Origin: Eledone cirrhosa
Lineage: Eukaryota
Direction of reading: 5' to 3'
Assembly (NCBI GenBank): GCA_964016885.1
Contig: OZ024741.1
Span: 192,448,001 to 192,512,000 of the forward strand
DNA: 64,000 nucleotides
Of the stretch, positions 13,751 to 28,859 are shown piece by piece. The translations under genes were made by a program, and so were the position numbers. The notes under the pieces were generated by a model. It was not told the DNA's origin. It made no database searches and was given only the letters and a program-made list of their open reading frames with translations. Position 1 is the first letter of the stretch; every line of letters begins with the position of its first letter.

Positions 13751-14824
13751 AATATTCCATATATGGTAAAAGTGATTGTCACAAGGATTGGTCAAAAGTT
13801 TGTTGTTGAGACACATAATTCTATCATGGCATTTTGTGGAAGGAAGGGGTAGCTGAACTTGCCAATAGAAGAAAGAGGGAGAGGGAGTGGAGGAAACCCA
13901 GTCGTGCGTTGAAAGTGACGACTACAGCAGAATCCTAAGGATAAGAGATCAAGAGGGGGAGGGAGGGAAGTCGAAACAATAAGTAGATCTATATGGAGTA
14001 AATCTATATAGAAAAATAAGAATGTTAAAAATATAAAAAAACACAATTTCTGGTTATTATTCCCCTACCACAATCATCAAATCTCTCACTAGACTATAGA
14101 CAAGTTTAATAGGTGGGGCGGGATACTAAATACGAGATTGTAGTGAAAGAATTTTATGAGTTAGTAGTACTCGGCCTAATCTATCTTACAATGACAGGTC
14201 AACAAGTAGGGGGCCAAAGTACTAAAAAAAAACTAATACAAAATAATAATTCAGAGTCCCGAAACTAATACGAAATATTAATTCAGATCCCGAAAATGAA
14301 TCCTAATACGATATATAAGAGTACCGCTACAATACATAAATTCTAATGCAAACTACATAAATGCTCGTATGAAATATAAGAAAAAATTAATACGAAAAAT
14401 TAATTCAGAATCCCCCCCCCCAAAAAAAAAAATCAATCAATAAATAAATAAATACTGATATACGAGAAACTAAAGCAGAGATACCACTAAGAAATCTAGA
14501 AGTCACAGAAATGGGCAGCAATCAGCTAAGGAAGCAAGTATCTGGGGTCTAGCACATCTGCTAATAAAAGCGGAGTCGGCCAATTCTATCATAGAATAGG
14601 TGGGTGGGGGTGGGGGTAATGAGGCTACGGAGGACGGAAGGGCTGCCTCGGGTGGGCGAGAAGGTGAAAAGAACGACGACAAAGAAGGAGAACTGGGGTG
14701 GAAGGACTAGGAAGGGATAGGGGGAAGGAGGAAATATAGAGGAAACGATAAAAAATATATAAGAAAATCTTACGTCTACCTTTGTAAGCAGGGGTTACCC
14801 ATTACAAAGTTGGCAAGTGGGGTG

Positions 14825-16991
14825 TTACAGCCCCCACCCTGGGTCATTATGGGGTTTGAGGGCGAGGTAAGTCCTAGGCAATCTGTGTTTGCATGCAGTT
14901 ACCAGTTCGTCTTTCTTGTTTAGGAGTTGGTCCGTCGTAAACAGCATTTGTAATGTTTCCTCCGAGCACAAGTTACACGGACGGCGTCCTCCCGTGTAAG
15001 AGTTGGCTCTGGACAGTAAGTTCAAAGTGAGATTATAGGTTGTATTGTTATCTTTGAGGTCCCAGATGTGGCCCGAAAGTGTAGTGGCGTGGCGCCGGGC
15101 CGGGTTTCGGAAAGTATGTCTGTGTTGGTATAGCCGGGTCTTGAAGTCACAAGCGGTTAATCCTATATAAGCTTTGTTGGAGGTGTCCGTCCTCACGTTG
15201 CACTGGTAGATCACATTACGATCTCTGCATCTGTTGTCGAGGGGGCAAATGGATCCAACAGGACAGTTACACCTCCTGGTCGGCTCTCTACTGCTATCTA
15301 GGTTATTTCTTCCATAGGGGTTGAGTTTTTTGTTGTTAGAGGAGACGATGTTTTGTGCAAAGTTAGGTGTGGTGCTGTAGGAGAGTTTGATGGTATTTTT
15401 GTTGATTATGTTGTAGTAGCGGTGTTGTAGTGGGAAGTGTTTTCGATGAGCCTGAAGAAGATTTTCCCGATAGGTGTTGTCACCTCGGCGTTGTGGGGTG
15501 GATTCAACCATGTTACGTTGCGTGAGCGGCGGTGTCGCCTGCTGGTTCCGCTAATGGAAGCTGGACAGTAGGATATTTCCTCCCGGAAGCCACTCCGCCT
15601 GAGGGCCTGGTTGTAATAAGGTGCATGTTCCTCGAATATCTGCTCATTAGCGGACAAACGAGATATGCGGAGGGAGATGTTAATAACCAGGTTATTGGTG
15701 ATGTTTCTAGGATGGTTTGACCGGCGGTGGATGTATTTCAGGTTATCGTTTGGTTTCCTGTATGGGTAGTACAGATCATTATCGAGGTCAAGGGTAACGT
15801 CCAGGAAGTTTATCCGGGTTAGGGACGTTTGTAGGGTTATTTTAAATCCCCAGTCGCGGAAGAAGTTGATTAATTGTTTACGGACCCGGTCTGTACTACT
15901 GGGGTTGTACCCTCTAAGGGTAAGGAGCCCATCATCATGGTACAATCCACCGCCGAATGCAGGAAACATATCGGTGAGTTTAACTAGTAGGAATAATCCT
16001 ATAAGATCTGTGACCTCGGCCGAATCCGTCGCGCCCATACTGACGTCGAAGGGGGAGTCGGGAGCTCTCTTTATCCATTTGGAGTTGTCGAAAAGTAGGA
16101 CTGTCTTCCTGGCGTGGAGGATGATATTTCTTTTCTGGTCGGTGATGGGCGCAAGTGTCTCGGCAAAGTCCAAGGCGGCCGTAAGGAGCGGTAAGGTAAT
16201 TGAAGCATAGTAACTCTCTTGGTCAAACTGGATGAATTTTGTGTCTCGTTTGTCCTCCATATTGCTGAACCATGAGATTACTTCCTGCGTGTTGACCCAT
16301 AGGCTAAGTCTGGCGTTTTGCTTAACTATTGGTATAACGCGGTCTAGGATTTTTTTTTACTGATTCTCCCTATGTCGGACTTCGTTGGGTTTATAAGCCT
16401 GATAGATGGTTTACGGTCGAAATCGGATTTGTGGTCCTTCAGTGTGAAGTAAGGAGTCCGTGGGTCTAGGGGTTCTGTGCGGTCGGTGACCCCGAGGCTG
16501 GAGGTAATTTGTTGTCCATCTCGATTTATGTCCTCGATGCATGAGTGGTTAACCTTTTTATAGGTGGAGCTTAGGCTGCTCCTGATCAGTGTGTGTGGTA
16601 TCTGTCGGGGTTGACGAAGTAGAGGTTATCAGTTTTATCCGAGTGCACCATGATGTCATTGGTGTTATCATACTCTGTTAAGTTGCTACAGAGTTTTTGT
16701 AGGAATCTGTTGTGTCTGGGTTTGAATTTAATGCTCTTGACCAGTTGGAAATGGTCATTTTCGAAGGGTGAGAGCATAGGGTTCGGGGGGGGAGGGAGAT
16801 TTGTAGGTTTTAAATCCGAATCGCTCCTTGGTATCGAAGTCCTGATTGTTGCAATATCTGTCGTAGAAAAAAGTTCTCCATCTAAGTCTTTTCACAAAAA
16901 GGTCGATTTTTTGCGTGAGCATCCGAAGGTAAAGTTTTCTCGGTAGAACTGGGATGTTCTTGGTGGAGAAGTCGATGTTGTGTTTTCGCAT
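14825..16991 (-). pseudogene. PLE reverse transcriptase / GIY-YIG endonuclease ORF, frameshifted
   Basis: MRKHNIDF start; SDKTDNLY; FIQFDQESYYASI; FDVSMGATDSAEV; GLYHDDGL; NFLDVTLDL; CNCPVGSICPLDNRC; VIYQC..KAYIG; CNLC..LLNKKDE..CKH. Confidence 0.92.
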
Positions 16992-17176
16992 GGTGCGGGT
17001 GAAAGAACTTGAGCTTAGCAGAAAAGTCTGGATACGGCGTGGTAGGGTCGGAAAGTGCTCTACTACGGGAATAGGAGCTAGATAACGAAGGAAATGTGGT
17101 ACGGAACCAGATGGACCAGAACGCACCAAAGTACTCAATACTTAGGGTAGTAGAGTGGGTAATAGGAACGAGTAGG

Positions 17177-17272
17177 ACCCCGACGGCTGAGCTGAAGCCG
17201 TTTCGACGGCTAATTCTGGACTAAACGAAAATTTTTATCCTGGTAAATGAATAGCCGAGCTTCTCAGGGGGT
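17177..17272 (-). ncRNA. Hammerhead motif in upstream pLTR (C3/A8 core)
   Basis: Minus strand ACCCC CTGAGAA GCTCGGCTA...TAGCCGTC GAAA CGGCT..AGCCG TC GGGGT. Confidence 0.7.
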
Positions 17273-18061
17273 AATATTCCATATATGGTAAAAGTGATTG
17301 TCACAAGGATTGGTCAAAAGTTTGTTGTAGAGACACATAATTCTATCATGGCATTTTGTGGAAGGAAGGGGTAGCTGAACTTGCCAATAGAAGAAAGAGG
17401 GAGAGGGAGTGGAGGAAACCCAGTCGTGCGTTGAAAGTGGCACGAGCATTTATGTAGTTTGCATTAAAATTTATGTATTGTAGCGGCACTCTTATATATC
17501 GTATTAGTATTCATTTTCGGGATCTGAATTAATATTTCGTATTAGTTTCGGGACTCTGAATTATTATTTTGTATTAGGTTTTATTTTTAGTATTTTGGCC
17601 CCCTACTTGTTGACCTGTTATTGTAAGATAGATTAGGCCGAGTACTACTAACTCATAAAATTCTTTCACTACAATCTCGTATTTAGTATCCCGCCCCACC
17701 TATTAAACTTGTCTATAGTCTAGTGAGAGATTTGATGATTGTGGTAGGGGAATAATAACCAGAAATTGTGTTTTTTTTTATATTTTTAACATTCTTATTT
17801 TTCTATATAGATTTACTCCATATAGATTTACTTATTGTTTCGACTTCCTCCCCCTCTCCCTCTTGATCTCTTATCCTTAGGATTCTGCTGTAGTCGTCAC
17901 TTTCAACGCACGACTTCCTCCACTCCCTCTCCCTCTTTCTTCTATTGGCAAGTTCAGCTACCCCTTCCTTCCACAAAATGCCATGATAGAATTATGTGTC
18001 TCAACAACAAACTTTTGACCTATCCTTGTGACAATCACTTTTACCATATATGGAATATTAC

Positions 18062-18155
18062 CCCCTTGAGAAGCTCGGCTATTCCTTTACCAGGATAAAA
18101 ATGTTCATTTAGTCCAGAATTAGCCGTCGAAACGGCTTGAGCTCAGCCGTCGGGG
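18062..18155 (+). ncRNA. Hammerhead ribozyme, U3-A8 variant (inverted pLTR arm)
   Basis: CCCC TTGAGAA (18066-18072) ... GAAA (18129-18132) CGGCTTGAGCTCAGCCG TC GGGG. Confidence 0.8.
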
Positions 18156-18319
18156 TCCTACTCGTTCCTATTACCCACTCTACTACCCTAAGTATTGAGT
18201 ACTTTGGTGCGTTATGGTCCACCTGATTCCGTACCACATTTCCTTCGTTATATATACATATATATATACACACGCACACATACACATACAAATACACACA
18301 TATATATATATATATAAAT

Positions 18320-18373
<54 letters not shown>

Positions 18374-18475
18374 TACAAATACACACACATACACACATAC
18401 ATACACACACACACATATATCTATCATAATATATATATATATATATGTGTGTGTGTATGTGTGTGCGTGTGTGTA

Positions 18476-18554
<79 letters not shown>

Positions 18555-18709
18555 CTGAGAAAACTAATTATGTTAGAGCAATGAAGGGCAAAGCAGTAAA
18601 GAATGAATTATTGGGAAGAGTGTGAATTGAGTGGACAGAAGAACGATACTCATACTCATGTACACATGTAGACACATGCATGCAAATACACACATGCAGG
18701 CACACATGT

Positions 18710-18749
<40 letters not shown>

Positions 18750-18752
18750 GCA

Positions 18753-18786
<34 letters not shown>

Positions 18787-18857
18787 TAAATATATATATG
18801 TATATACATGCAAACCCGTATACAAACACACACGCATACACAACTCTATACACGCGT

Positions 18858-18922
<65 letters not shown>

Positions 18923-19656
18923 CTTACACATATATATATAAGTTGAGAATATCGAGGGAGACAAGGAGAGATGGAGAGAATGAGGAAGAGGTAAGGGGGA
19001 AACTGAAGGAAGAACCACGCCAAGTCTTGTCAATAAAGTATACCATTGAGAAATGGAATAATGTTCAAATTGATATCTAATGGCCAGAGGATAATGGAAG
19101 AACGCTTCAAACATGACCGCCATCGATCTCTTTAGAAGACGATGTAATGGAATTTAGAAGAAAACTAAGAAAATGTCTGCTGTTTAGGGAAGAAAATGAT
19201 TGAATTGTGTAGAAAGTGAACTAAAAAAAGAAAGGTCCTTCAAGTGAAGTGTTTATAGACTATAAATTATAGTGTGGATTTAGTTTTAAAAGTTTCGAAT
19301 TTGAAGCCGTTTTCCTGATACTCTGCTGAGGTATAGGTAGCAGAAATAACTCTTACAGTCATAGCATTACACACACACACACACACACACACACATGCAC
19401 GCACACACACTCACGCACACACACACAGACACGCGCACACACACACACAGAGACACGCACACACATATATATATATATATGTGTGTGTGTGTGTATGCTT
19501 GTGTTTGTGTGTGTGTGTATGTGTGTTTGTGTGGCGAATGTGTATATGCTCTATCAATATCAGAATGAAGTAGTATCTGACATAGTTTAACGATTAGTAA
19601 ATATAGATATCATTTGAAGTAGGCCCTACAACATAGAAAACAGAAATAAGAAAAAT

Positions 19657-19753
<97 letters not shown>

Positions 19754-21029
19754 TATATATATGTGTATATATATATATGTATGTGTGTGAGTGTGTGTAT
19801 ATATACATGTATATATATACACAGAAAGAGAGAAAGGGGGAGAGAAAAGTAGCGCGAGAGGCGCGATCCTTAATTATCCAAATTTACGCCATTTCTTTCG
19901 TTCTAGCTTTACTTGGGCAAACTATTGAAGGCTCAAAATGCAACAAACTCTTTCTCATAACATTGCGTAACTGATCTTGAGACATGGTAGAACTATAGGA
20001 TGTCGATGAGGTAAAAAGTGATTAACCGAGACACTGTGTTTATAATTATCATTTGCCTCTAAACATAAATCAGCGCGCCATTAATCCAATCAAGGTTATA
20101 TTCTTAAATTCTTAGCATTATCTTCCCTTCTCCTTTAGAGTTGCTAACAATTACCGACAGGCTTTTGTTTTACTCCTGATTCAGAGTGATATTTCAGAAA
20201 ACTTAGATTTTACCATGAAAATATATAGTATAGTATAGTATTACTGTTGAAAATATATAGTGTAGTACAGTATTACTGTTGAAAATATATAGTATAGTAT
20301 TACTGTTGAAAATATATAGTACAGTGTTACTGTTGAAAATATGTACACGAATATATAATTATATATATATATAATTAATTAAAAGTTGGTTAGAAGCGAA
20401 GTCAATGCAGACAGGCAGACATACAGAAAGATATTATATAAGGGCGCGACGTTATAGCTATGCATCTATCTAAAAAGACAGAGTAAGAAAGAGAGAGGAA
20501 TGTCGTATTATATATGTTATATATAATAAAGTACCAGTAATGTATTAGGATAATTGCTGGCCTTGTGCCAAAAGTAGAAACAATTATACTTCTTTTTTAT
20601 ACAACTGTAAATAACATGTTTATGTATGTATATACGTATAAAGGAATGCTGTAATAAAATGTACAAATTAAATTGTCTCTTATTTATGATGCTAACACTA
20701 TATATATATACACACTATATATATATATACACACACACACTATATATACATATAAACAGACACACAGATAGCTACGTATCTATTTAAAAGGACAGACTAA
20801 GAAAGAGAGAGGAATGTCGTATAACCGGAAGTGTTGACATTTGAAAATTTTAAAGAAGTGAATATTTAAATAAACAATAAAACAACTTTAATCTTTTAAC
20901 GAAATTTAGTAGACAAAAATACCCTCACTTTCTTACTTGGAAAAAGTTACATCTATGGTGCAAATTTGGTGCCATTTGGTCCAGCCGTTTGGCAAAAAGT
21001 TTGTTACATACATACGGCCGTCAGCTTTA

Positions 21030-21133
<104 letters not shown>

Positions 21134-21264
21134 CACTTATATTTTACATATTATTATAATTAGTTTTTTTAATTTAGTTAACGTATAATTAGTACTTTAC
21201 TACAGTGAACTTCATAATTTTATTTCCCTCTTACAGCTCTCTTTTCATAAAATTAATACCTAAA

Positions 21265-21590
21265 AGTATACCTATAAATTAATTTAATTTCCTGTTATGA
21301 ATCTAGATTCCTTGTAGTTTATATAAGATTCGTATTTCTCACTACTACCCTTATCCCAAAATTTTATTTTCCTTTGTTTTTAACAACATTCTTTAATAAC
21401 ATCTAATTCTTATTTATCACATCCATATGAAGTAATATAAATTTATCCCTATAAGTATACCTATCAATTAATTTAATTTCTTGTTATAGATCTAGATTCC
21501 TTGTGGTTTAAATAAGATTAGTATTTCTCACTTACCCTAAAATTTTACTTTCCTTCGTTTTTAACACTATTCTTTAATAACATCAAATTT
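21265..21590. repeat. About 190-bp diverged tandem duplication
   Basis: AAGTATACCTAT.AATTAATTTAATTTC.TGTTAT...TCTAGATTCCTTGT at about 21264 and about 21453. Confidence 0.75.
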
Positions 21591-22029
21591 TCGTGTACCC
21601 TTCACCGGCTTGACCTCTTTTCACCCCCAAAGTATTCTTTTCATTCATAGTATTCTTTTCATTCAAAACATAAGTCTGCACCCCTCTACCCCTAAATTAA
21701 ATTTCTACTACTACTATTCTATCAACTTGACCTCTTACTACTTTTCTATTGGTCAATTCAAAACCTATTCCCAAACAGACCTATTATATTAAATCTTTGT
21801 TGGTTTTTTCAATAAACAAATCTCATAATTTCAGAAGACAGCATATATATGTGAAGGTATGTATATTTCCTCTGATAGTTTGTAATATTTTTACATAGAT
21901 CTATATGATATACATACCAACACACATATATATCCTAGAAACGATCGTAAAATGATGAATTTTTTTAATATAAGAACTTGTTCTTTGTTTTTATTCATTG
22001 TTTTTATTAATTTATATATATATAAATAA

Positions 22030-22591
22030 AAAAAAACATTATCGCTTTGCATGGCTGAATACAATAAATGTAATCTGAGTTTTTCGAATATTAATAATAA
22101 TATTCGATTCGTTTGCTATTATGCAAACAACTTCTTTTTTAAAGCCATGTCAGTAGAATGAGCCCCTCATGTAGAGCGATAATTTGTTTTTTATTTATAT
22201 AAATATGGCAAAGACGACCATTAATCGCTCGTATACAGGAAACTGACTGGCCCGTCTGCTGATATGCAAATCTTGCTGATCAGTGGATCTGCTAATATGC
22301 AGATCTGATTGATCAGCCAGTCTGCTAATATGCAATTCAGGCCGATCAGTCACTGTATAGTTTAGAAAATATCAAATCACTAGCTCTGACAGTTGGCAGG
22401 TGAACAGTGAACTGCACTGATGAAGGGCGATACCCAGAAACATTAGAGTCTGCAGTTCTGTTTACATGCCAACACAAGAGCAAGAATGAAGGACTCATTC
22501 TACTGACATCGCTTTAAAAAGCGGCTGTTTGCATAATTGCAAATGAATCGAATATTATTATTAATATTCAAAAAACTCAGATTACATTTAT

Positions 22592-22592
<1 letters not shown>
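22030..22592 (+). mobile_element. Non-coding hammerhead-bearing element (family D; retrozyme/PLE-derivative-like)
   Basis: Inverted tail 22040-22167 versus 22490-22592, internal 33-bp repeats TCTGCT.ATATGCA.ATC..CTGATCAG; other copies at 29545-30350, 35093-35580, 59340-59520. Confidence 0.8.
22409..22458 (+). ncRNA. Minimal type-I hammerhead ribozyme (family D)
   Basis: 8-bp stem I GAACTGCA/TGCAGTTC, CTGATGA 22417-22423, GGG/CCC stem II, GAAA 22437-22440, GUC site 22448-22450. Confidence 0.85.
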
Positions 22593-22686
<94 letters not shown>

Positions 22687-23223
22687 TTATTTATATATAT
22701 ATATTTCGGACAGGAATACCAAGATAGATATTTTTAGAAACAATTACTTCCCCGGCCAACTCTAAGGCCATTCAACCATTCAAGCCAATAACATGTCCAA
22801 CTCGCCTTTGTAGCCATTTTTGAAAGTCACTATCGCCACAACAGATTGTTACCACACCTATCCCTTGTCTCCTCCTTCTTCCCCCTCTCTTCTCCTTCTC
22901 CCTCTCCTTCCTCTTCTCCTTCAACTACTACCAGTCAAAACCAGCAGCCAGAACCCCAAAAATTAAAACTACTACCACCCCTGTTAGCCAGAGAACGAAG
23001 TAAACCTCGGACATTTTTCTTCCTTCTCTTCCCCTTTTTATTATTCGTATAAATATGCAACTTAACTGCACTTTTCACATCCGCTATTGAAAAAGCATAT
23101 AATGCTGAAACCGGTGCCACGATTAAATGCGGAAATACCCACTTTATAAATAAATGTTTTGATATTATGCTGAAAAAATCCCTCTAGCATTTTCTACTGA
23201 ATTTTTTCCTTTGCACTATCTAT

Positions 23224-23780
23224 CTAAGGCGGGTAAAATTCCCGAGATCCATGGACGAGTTCTCTCCAGCGGTCTCTGTCCCTCATTATCGCTGCCATAT
23301 CCTGCATCTCCAACAGACCAGTGTCTGTCCTTAGGGTATCAACATATGTTAACCTTGGTCTTCCTCTTCTAGTGTGTCCATGTAGGGGCTCCCAAAGGAG
23401 CACTGAGTGCAATGTCAACTCTGGATGTCGGTGAGCATGTCCAGCCAACCTCAATCTCCTCTGTGTCACTTTTGAGCTGACTTTTGGGATGCTCCCATAC
23501 AGCTCTGAGTTTTTCATCCTCAGTGTATACTGATTAATGTTCAGAGCCATCCTCAGCATTCTCGTGTAGCACCCATCCACCATCTGAGTGAGTCTCTTGG
23601 TCAGTGTCCAAGTCTCAGACCCATACAGCAGCACAGACTCCACTACAGCAATGAAGAGGCGGATTTTCAGGTCTCTACGAAGGTCCGACTTCCACACCGA
23701 TCTCAAGCTGTGACACGCCGCCCAGGCCTTGCTCTTCCTCTCAACCACATCATCTTCCGTATTCCCAATCTTTGCTCCCA
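23224..23780 (-). mobile_element. RTE-group LINE 3' fragment
   Basis: YLGAKI...KIRLFIAVVESVLLYGSETWTL...DGCYTRMLR...RLRLAGHAHR...RRGRPRLTYVD. Confidence 0.88.
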
Positions 23781-24639
23781 AATATATATATATACATCCA
23801 AAATTAAAATTAAGGGTTGTCATGTCTGAGAGACATGCGCCATATCCACCGTAGAATAAGCTCAAAGATTTGATCCGAGCATTACATATCAACTAGAAAT
23901 AGATTGACATATATATATATAAAATAAACATATGAAACAATCACAGGGAATAATTTGTAAAGAATGTAAGCACACATAGCTAGGTAGGTAACCAATTAAA
24001 GTTTAACTAGAACTTTAAATATAGATATTTTTTTAAATGATTAATATATATATACGTACGTCAAACGTAAATGGAAAAAACAAAGCAAAAAACATAGTAC
24101 AATGAAGAATATATTAGCTCAACGCTTAATATAGTAGGAAAAGAGTCTTTACGTGTCGGACACTAGTTTTCATCAGAATGCGAAATAAAAGATGAAATAG
24201 AAAGATACAGAGTAAGAAGAGGAAGAACCGGAAAAAAATTAGAAAAAGCACGTATGTATTTAGTCAGCCTTAAATATATAGATATTCATATGGTTCCATC
24301 TGTTTTTCTCCTCTCGGTTGTCACACACAATAATCCTGTATGATTAAGTAACAGATGACACTTTTCTTTTCCTGTATCATGCCTACTTTCTTGTTTTAAG
24401 TAACCACGTAGTTACCTTCTCGCATCCTTGACCCAACTGAAGATTTAAAAAAATCTGACAGCTCGAGTGAGAAGGAGTTGCAATTATCTTATCCCTACAC
24501 GGAACCAAGGTTTATTTAAGGGGATCCATTATCCAATCCATCATACGTATATGATTTTCCATGAATCAACCAGTACAATCTGTTGGGTCACTGTAGCTTG
24601 GTGAATGCTGCCTCAACCCGCTTTTGCCTTAAAGTAAAG

Positions 24640-25230
24640 ACTAATATAGACAAGAAAGTTTTAGATTTATTAGATAGATACAGTATATTCAATCCCAATT
24701 CCGTTAAGGTATCCGATTTATGTGACCCGTCAATGAGATAAAAAATTACTGCAAAGAATATACCCGACGTTAATCCAGGCTGCTCTTGTAGGATTAAAGA
24801 GAACTACCCTCTCCAACAGAAATGTAATATCAAGTCCGTTGTAATTACACACAACACCACAGAAAATTCTGAAGTTAGCGAAAGATACGTCGGTATAGTG
24901 CAAGATCGTTTTAAACAACATTTTTTCTTGGATCTCCACTCCTTCAGCAATCCTGATATGTGAAGCAGTACAGCCCTGGCAAAAAAGCCTGGCAATTAAA
25001 AGAGAAAGAAATCCCATACAAGATTACTTGGAAGATACTTAAAAGATCCAATCCTTACACCAATGGTAGCAAGAGATCTCGTCTCTGTTTTGTGAGAAAT
25101 TTAGGATATTACAAGGTTTGTCATCTCCGAACAATATTTATTTGAACTGAAAGAGCGAAATTTTTAGGAGATGCCTCCATCTCAAAAGTCAACTGCTTGC
25201 TAAGTGGAAATACTCAACAAATTTGACTGA
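24640..25230 (+). pseudogene. Degenerate PLE GIY-YIG fragment
   Basis: IFNPNSVKVS, YVG, AWQLKEKEIPYKITWKILKRSNPYTNGSKR, LNxKSE..CLH remnants. Confidence 0.75.
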
Positions 25231-26998
25231 TTTCCAGCCATCTTAATTTGATATTTATACTTCCGTAATATTTTATTTTCTCTTTCTCTTTCCACCCTTA
25301 CATAATACAGTACACCTTCTATACTACTCTACTCCATACCTTAATAGATATTACCATCTCTATATTAAATTCCGTCACATTATACTATACTTCTGCTATA
25401 GCCTATGAACACTAACACGTGTATCATCGCGTTTTCCAAATTTACATATTGGAGTTATTATCCTCTGTTATACTACGTTTTTCGTAAACTAGCGTTTTTA
25501 GCATGCTTTACTTTTAACGGTATCTTGAACTTGTCTGTCTTCGTGAAACCTTTGGTAAGTGGAATAATTGTCTTATGTTGTTTATGATATAATTAAATAG
25601 CTCTGTAGCATACCTAGAGCACTCTCTTTTCCTTTACCCTTCCTATGGAAATACTTCATATATATATATATATCCAGATACAGATACAGAGAGGGAGAAA
25701 CAGAGACGAGAAAGAAAGACAGATAGATAGATAGATATGTAGTTATAGAAAGGGGAAAGAGAGATGAGAATGCTTTAAATGAATTTGATGGCAAGATCTG
25801 TAGACAATTGAACAGAGGAACAGACATATAGGCGGATGTTTTTATTAATAGTAACTTATTATCATTCCGATATACTAAAAAATGGAATCGATTATACTTT
25901 TGTCAATCTTCCAGTTGATTTGACCAATAAGGCAGCTGGAGCAGTACTCCTAAGTTTCTCAAGATCTGGTAATAAAATAAGGTATGTATCTGGGAACGAG
26001 GATTGTGCGGTAAAACGTTAACCTTTTCGTTACTATATTTCTAATAAAAGATACTGTCTATGATTTTCAAATAATTTTGAAAATATTCAAGAATCTGAAA
26101 GGGTTTATTAAAATAACTAACTTTCTCATTATTAAGTTGGTGTTTAGAATATACTTTAACAACATTTCTTATATAGAATTCGGAAGGAAAGTTTTCAGAT
26201 AAATATAAACATTTTGAATTATAGTTTTGTATTGTAGAACCCGGGGCAGTTTCAGACGGTTTGGTTTCAAAAGGGTAAGTTTATACAGTTGTTGGTTAAT
26301 ATTTAGAAGAGAAGGTGAGATTATATAGATGTTCTATATATATATACAGTTGTAAGAAGAAATCATTGGGTTAAAGTGCTTGTCTCTGAGCTTTAGAGTT
26401 TGAGGATTTGGGGGATTGGGACTTTGAAGTCCAGGAGATGAGTCACTCTGGGGTTAAATATTGGAGAGGCAGTTCTTTGAATTGGTTCATTGGCTGTGTT
26501 ATAAAGTAGGAACAATTTCAGTTGAGCAGTAACTCCTCTAGCGCTTGGGGTAAATAGTGTGTTTGAATACAACCCAACTCCGTGTCCACTGATTATTGAG
26601 GGCTGCTAAGTGAAAAACATTTTATCAAGAGGATAATTGAATACAATTATTTCAGTTGGATACAATCACCTCTCAGATTTGACCAGTTAAGTTCTTAAAG
26701 TCACACATCACGTTGCATATGCTGTTGGTTATCAACAAGGCATCCTTGATGGAGTAGTTATACGATGTTGTCTTTTTTCAGCTAGAATTTATCAAGGGTA
26801 ACACGGGTGCAGTTTGAAGAAGATTTGGATATTACTTTTAGCGGGAGAAGAAACAACATAGCTCATTCATTTGTATATTTCACAGCTGGCCAATCATCAT
26901 TGTTTTTATTGTGGTTTAGCCACTATGGTTGAACCTAAATGTTCCAGCCATTAACATGTGTATTTTCACAATTACATTCACTCATGACGCAGACATAA

Positions 26999-27093
<95 letters not shown>

Positions 27094-27302
27094 CTTTATT
27101 TTATTCTGAGTTAAGGTTCTATTGATTTTTTCCATGGATTTCACAAAATTCTATGGATTAATCTATGTCTTGATTTTTTAAAAATTGAGTTTGAATTATT
27201 TTCGCACATCTTACGTTAACTATTTTTCCATTTTGACATTATAGTCACTTATATATTATGAAATACTGTTGGCTACACGCTCACAACAATTTCTATACTT
27301 TA

Positions 27303-27366
<64 letters not shown>

Positions 27367-27835
27367 GGAAAAAATGAAACAAAATATCATTTCCCACTCT
27401 TAGTACGGCTGTTACTTAAATATCAGTATGTACACGTGCATACATATATGTATACAGACGTACAGTAGTATGTATATATATATACATACATGCACACATA
27501 TATATATGTACGTATCGATTCACCGAACATTTATTATAATGCTCGGTGTGTTTGTAAACAAACATCCCGTATTAAGCCGTAGTGTCCAGCAATATATATA
27601 TATATATATATCGGAAGTTGAAATTTGAAACTTTTAAAAGAAGTGAATCTTGAAATAAGCAATACATTAAATTATTAATTAAATTATAAATCATGTGTTA
27701 CAACATTTAGTAGATAAGTTACATAACATTCATACATTATTTATTCAATGTAATCCAACTTATTTTACTAACGGGATAAAAAACAATAAACTGACGCTGT
27801 CCCGCGCGCCTTCCTTTATTATATTATAGATTAAT

Positions 27836-28025
27836 TGCGGTGAATTGGCAGTATCGGTAGAGGGTTGGACGCCATGCTTTCTAGCATAGTTACGTCCCTT
27901 TACGATCTGAGTTTAAATCCCGCCGAGATGAACTTTGCCTTTCATCCTTACAGGGTCGATAAAATAAAGTACCAGCAATGTACTGGGTAATTGCTGGCCT
28001 TGTGCCTAAAGTAGAAACAATTATA
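27836..28025 (+). mobile_element. tRNA-derived SINE (major family)
   Basis: Near-identical to the reverse complement of 12961-13146. Confidence 0.88.
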
Positions 28026-28404
28026 TTATAGATTAATTAGTTTCACGTGTACGTTGAATACTCAGCTACTCACGCGTTAATTTAAATAATCAGCCATTCA
28101 GTTAATCGAAAAACTGAATGCTCATTGTCAAAATCTAATGTGTAACATCCTTTTTCTTAAGCCGAAATGTGGGAGACTTGACAGCTGATACACGAAGTTT
28201 GAGCGCCTGTGTAGAAATCTCTTTCGTTGACTGATTGTGTTCCTAGCCAATCCTAACCCACCAATTTGTGCTCTCCTGAAACTGATACCGAAACTCAGTA
28301 ATGACCTTACACACCCACATAACTTGGAAAGGTTTAGCATTTTAGGTGAGTAACTGGACTTAATGTATAAATGAGAGACCGTTGGTAGGCCCTAGTAGCA
28401 AGGT

Positions 28405-28478
<74 letters not shown>

Positions 28479-28768
28479 AAGTTGTATAAATCTTCATTGA
28501 CACATTTCTCGGCAGTCAAACATCACAATGTTTATTGTGTGCTGGAACATCAAAATTGACACGATGTGTAACCATGGTAACTGAGCGGTTTAGCCACAAA
28601 GTTTGTTTGTGTTTGTAATACACACATGATGTGAACAAAACAGATGAGATACACACATGTACTCACACACACACATGCACACATGTGTATATAAATATAG
28701 ACATGCACAAGAATATATATAAATATACAAACATGCATACACATACAGTCACACACCTACGTGTATAT

Positions 28769-28859
<91 letters not shown>

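Noticed and set aside
16580-16600. TGA ending ORF 16586..16777 as a possible selenocysteine codon (known in some PLEs)
   Set aside because: It arises from a frameshift in an (AC)n run; the shifted frame continues LIRSSLSSTYKK. I saw no UGA at a conserved Cys position in this element
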